Below are positions 24,620-25,018 of a DNA stretch of 25,018 nt, piece by piece. Where the stretch lies: NCBI GenBank assembly GCA_037133845.1, contig JBAXNK010000001.1, forward strand, positions 1 through 25,018. The letters are read 5' to 3'. The notes under the pieces were generated by a model that was given only the letters and a program-made list of their open reading frames with translations, did not search any database and was not told where the DNA came from. The stretch comes from a bacterium (GTDB taxonomy: Bacteria > Patescibacteriota > Minisyncoccia > Phycocordibacterales > UBA9973). Each line of letters begins with the position of its first letter. The stretch's first letter is position 1. The position numbers and the translations under genes were made by a program.

Positions 24620-24847
24620 ATATTATGTGTATATTATCTATTAATAAACTACTATTACTACTATAAGGTCTAATATGTGGATTGCTTTTTAATACTTATT
24701 AGATAAGGATTATTTTATAAATTAAAATTTTTGTAATTTTACACACTGTTGGTTGTTTGTATTAAATTATAATTTACATTAATTATCCACAAAAACTTTT
24801 TCTTTAAACAATACTTTTCCACAGGACTATCCACAACATATGCACGG
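24620..24847. other. Replication origin (oriC) in the dnaA-dnaN intergenic region
   Basis: DnaA boxes TTATCCACA (24783-24791, perfect), TTTTCCACA (24815-24823), CTATCCACA (24827-24835) and weak TGTGGATTG (24676-24684). Very AT-rich 24620-24780; trio-like repeat at 24649-24663. Confidence 0.8.
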
Positions 24848-25018
24848 TTACTTGAACATGATTCTTATCTTCTCGATCTCTTGTAATAATGACGGGTCAG
24901 TCTTTAAATCATTCTTTATCTTCAAGTGTGAGTGTATAACTGTCGTATGATCGCGTCCCCCCATCTTGCTACCTATCAATGGGTACGATATGTTGAAGTC
25001 TTCTCGCAGTAGATACAT
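24848..25018 (-). CDS. dnaA: Chromosomal replication initiator DnaA, C-terminal 56 aa only
   Basis: Manual translation: MYLLREDFNISYPLIGSKMGGRDHTTVIHSHLKIKNDLKTDPSLLQEIEKIRIMFK*, carrying the domain IV signature GGRDHTTVIH. Confidence 0.95.
   Translation of the reverse strand: MYLLREDFNISYPLIGSKMGGRDHTTVIHSHLKIKNDLKTDPSLLQEIEKIRIMFK

Overview
Mostly core-genome window next to the replication origin (dnaA 3' end - oriC - dnaN at the right edge) of an AT-rich small-genome bacterium. The gene set and protein styles suggest Patescibacteria/CPR (Parcubacteria-like); this is inference. Housekeeping genes: type II NADH dehydrogenase (partial, missed by the ORF track), rpsT, ruvA, mutM, a TrmH-family methylase, a short holA-like gene, polA, tsaE, a PilB/GspE ATPase, ruvB, ruvC, tyrS, a class A PBP, a probable dciA, dnaN and dnaA (partial), plus tRNA-Arg(GCG) and tRNA-Lys(TTT). 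Accessory content: a 1223-aa modular surface protein, a GC-rich orphan secreted protein with low-complexity repeats, a small orphan membrane gene, a DUF5666-like secreted protein and a Cys-rich membrane protein. I found no integrase, transposase, CRISPR array or defence operon, and no clear novel multi-gene system. Best leads: (i) an unannotated 57-aa, 49% acidic microprotein after ruvB-ruvC; (ii) two orphan cassettes sharing a promoter signature and strong Shine-Dalgarno sites, while ten operon-leading host genes look leaderless; (iii) a 96-bp structured inverted-repeat element; (iv) DnaA-trio-like repeats with apparently inverted polarity at oriC. All product calls come from motif recognition by eye; no searches were run.
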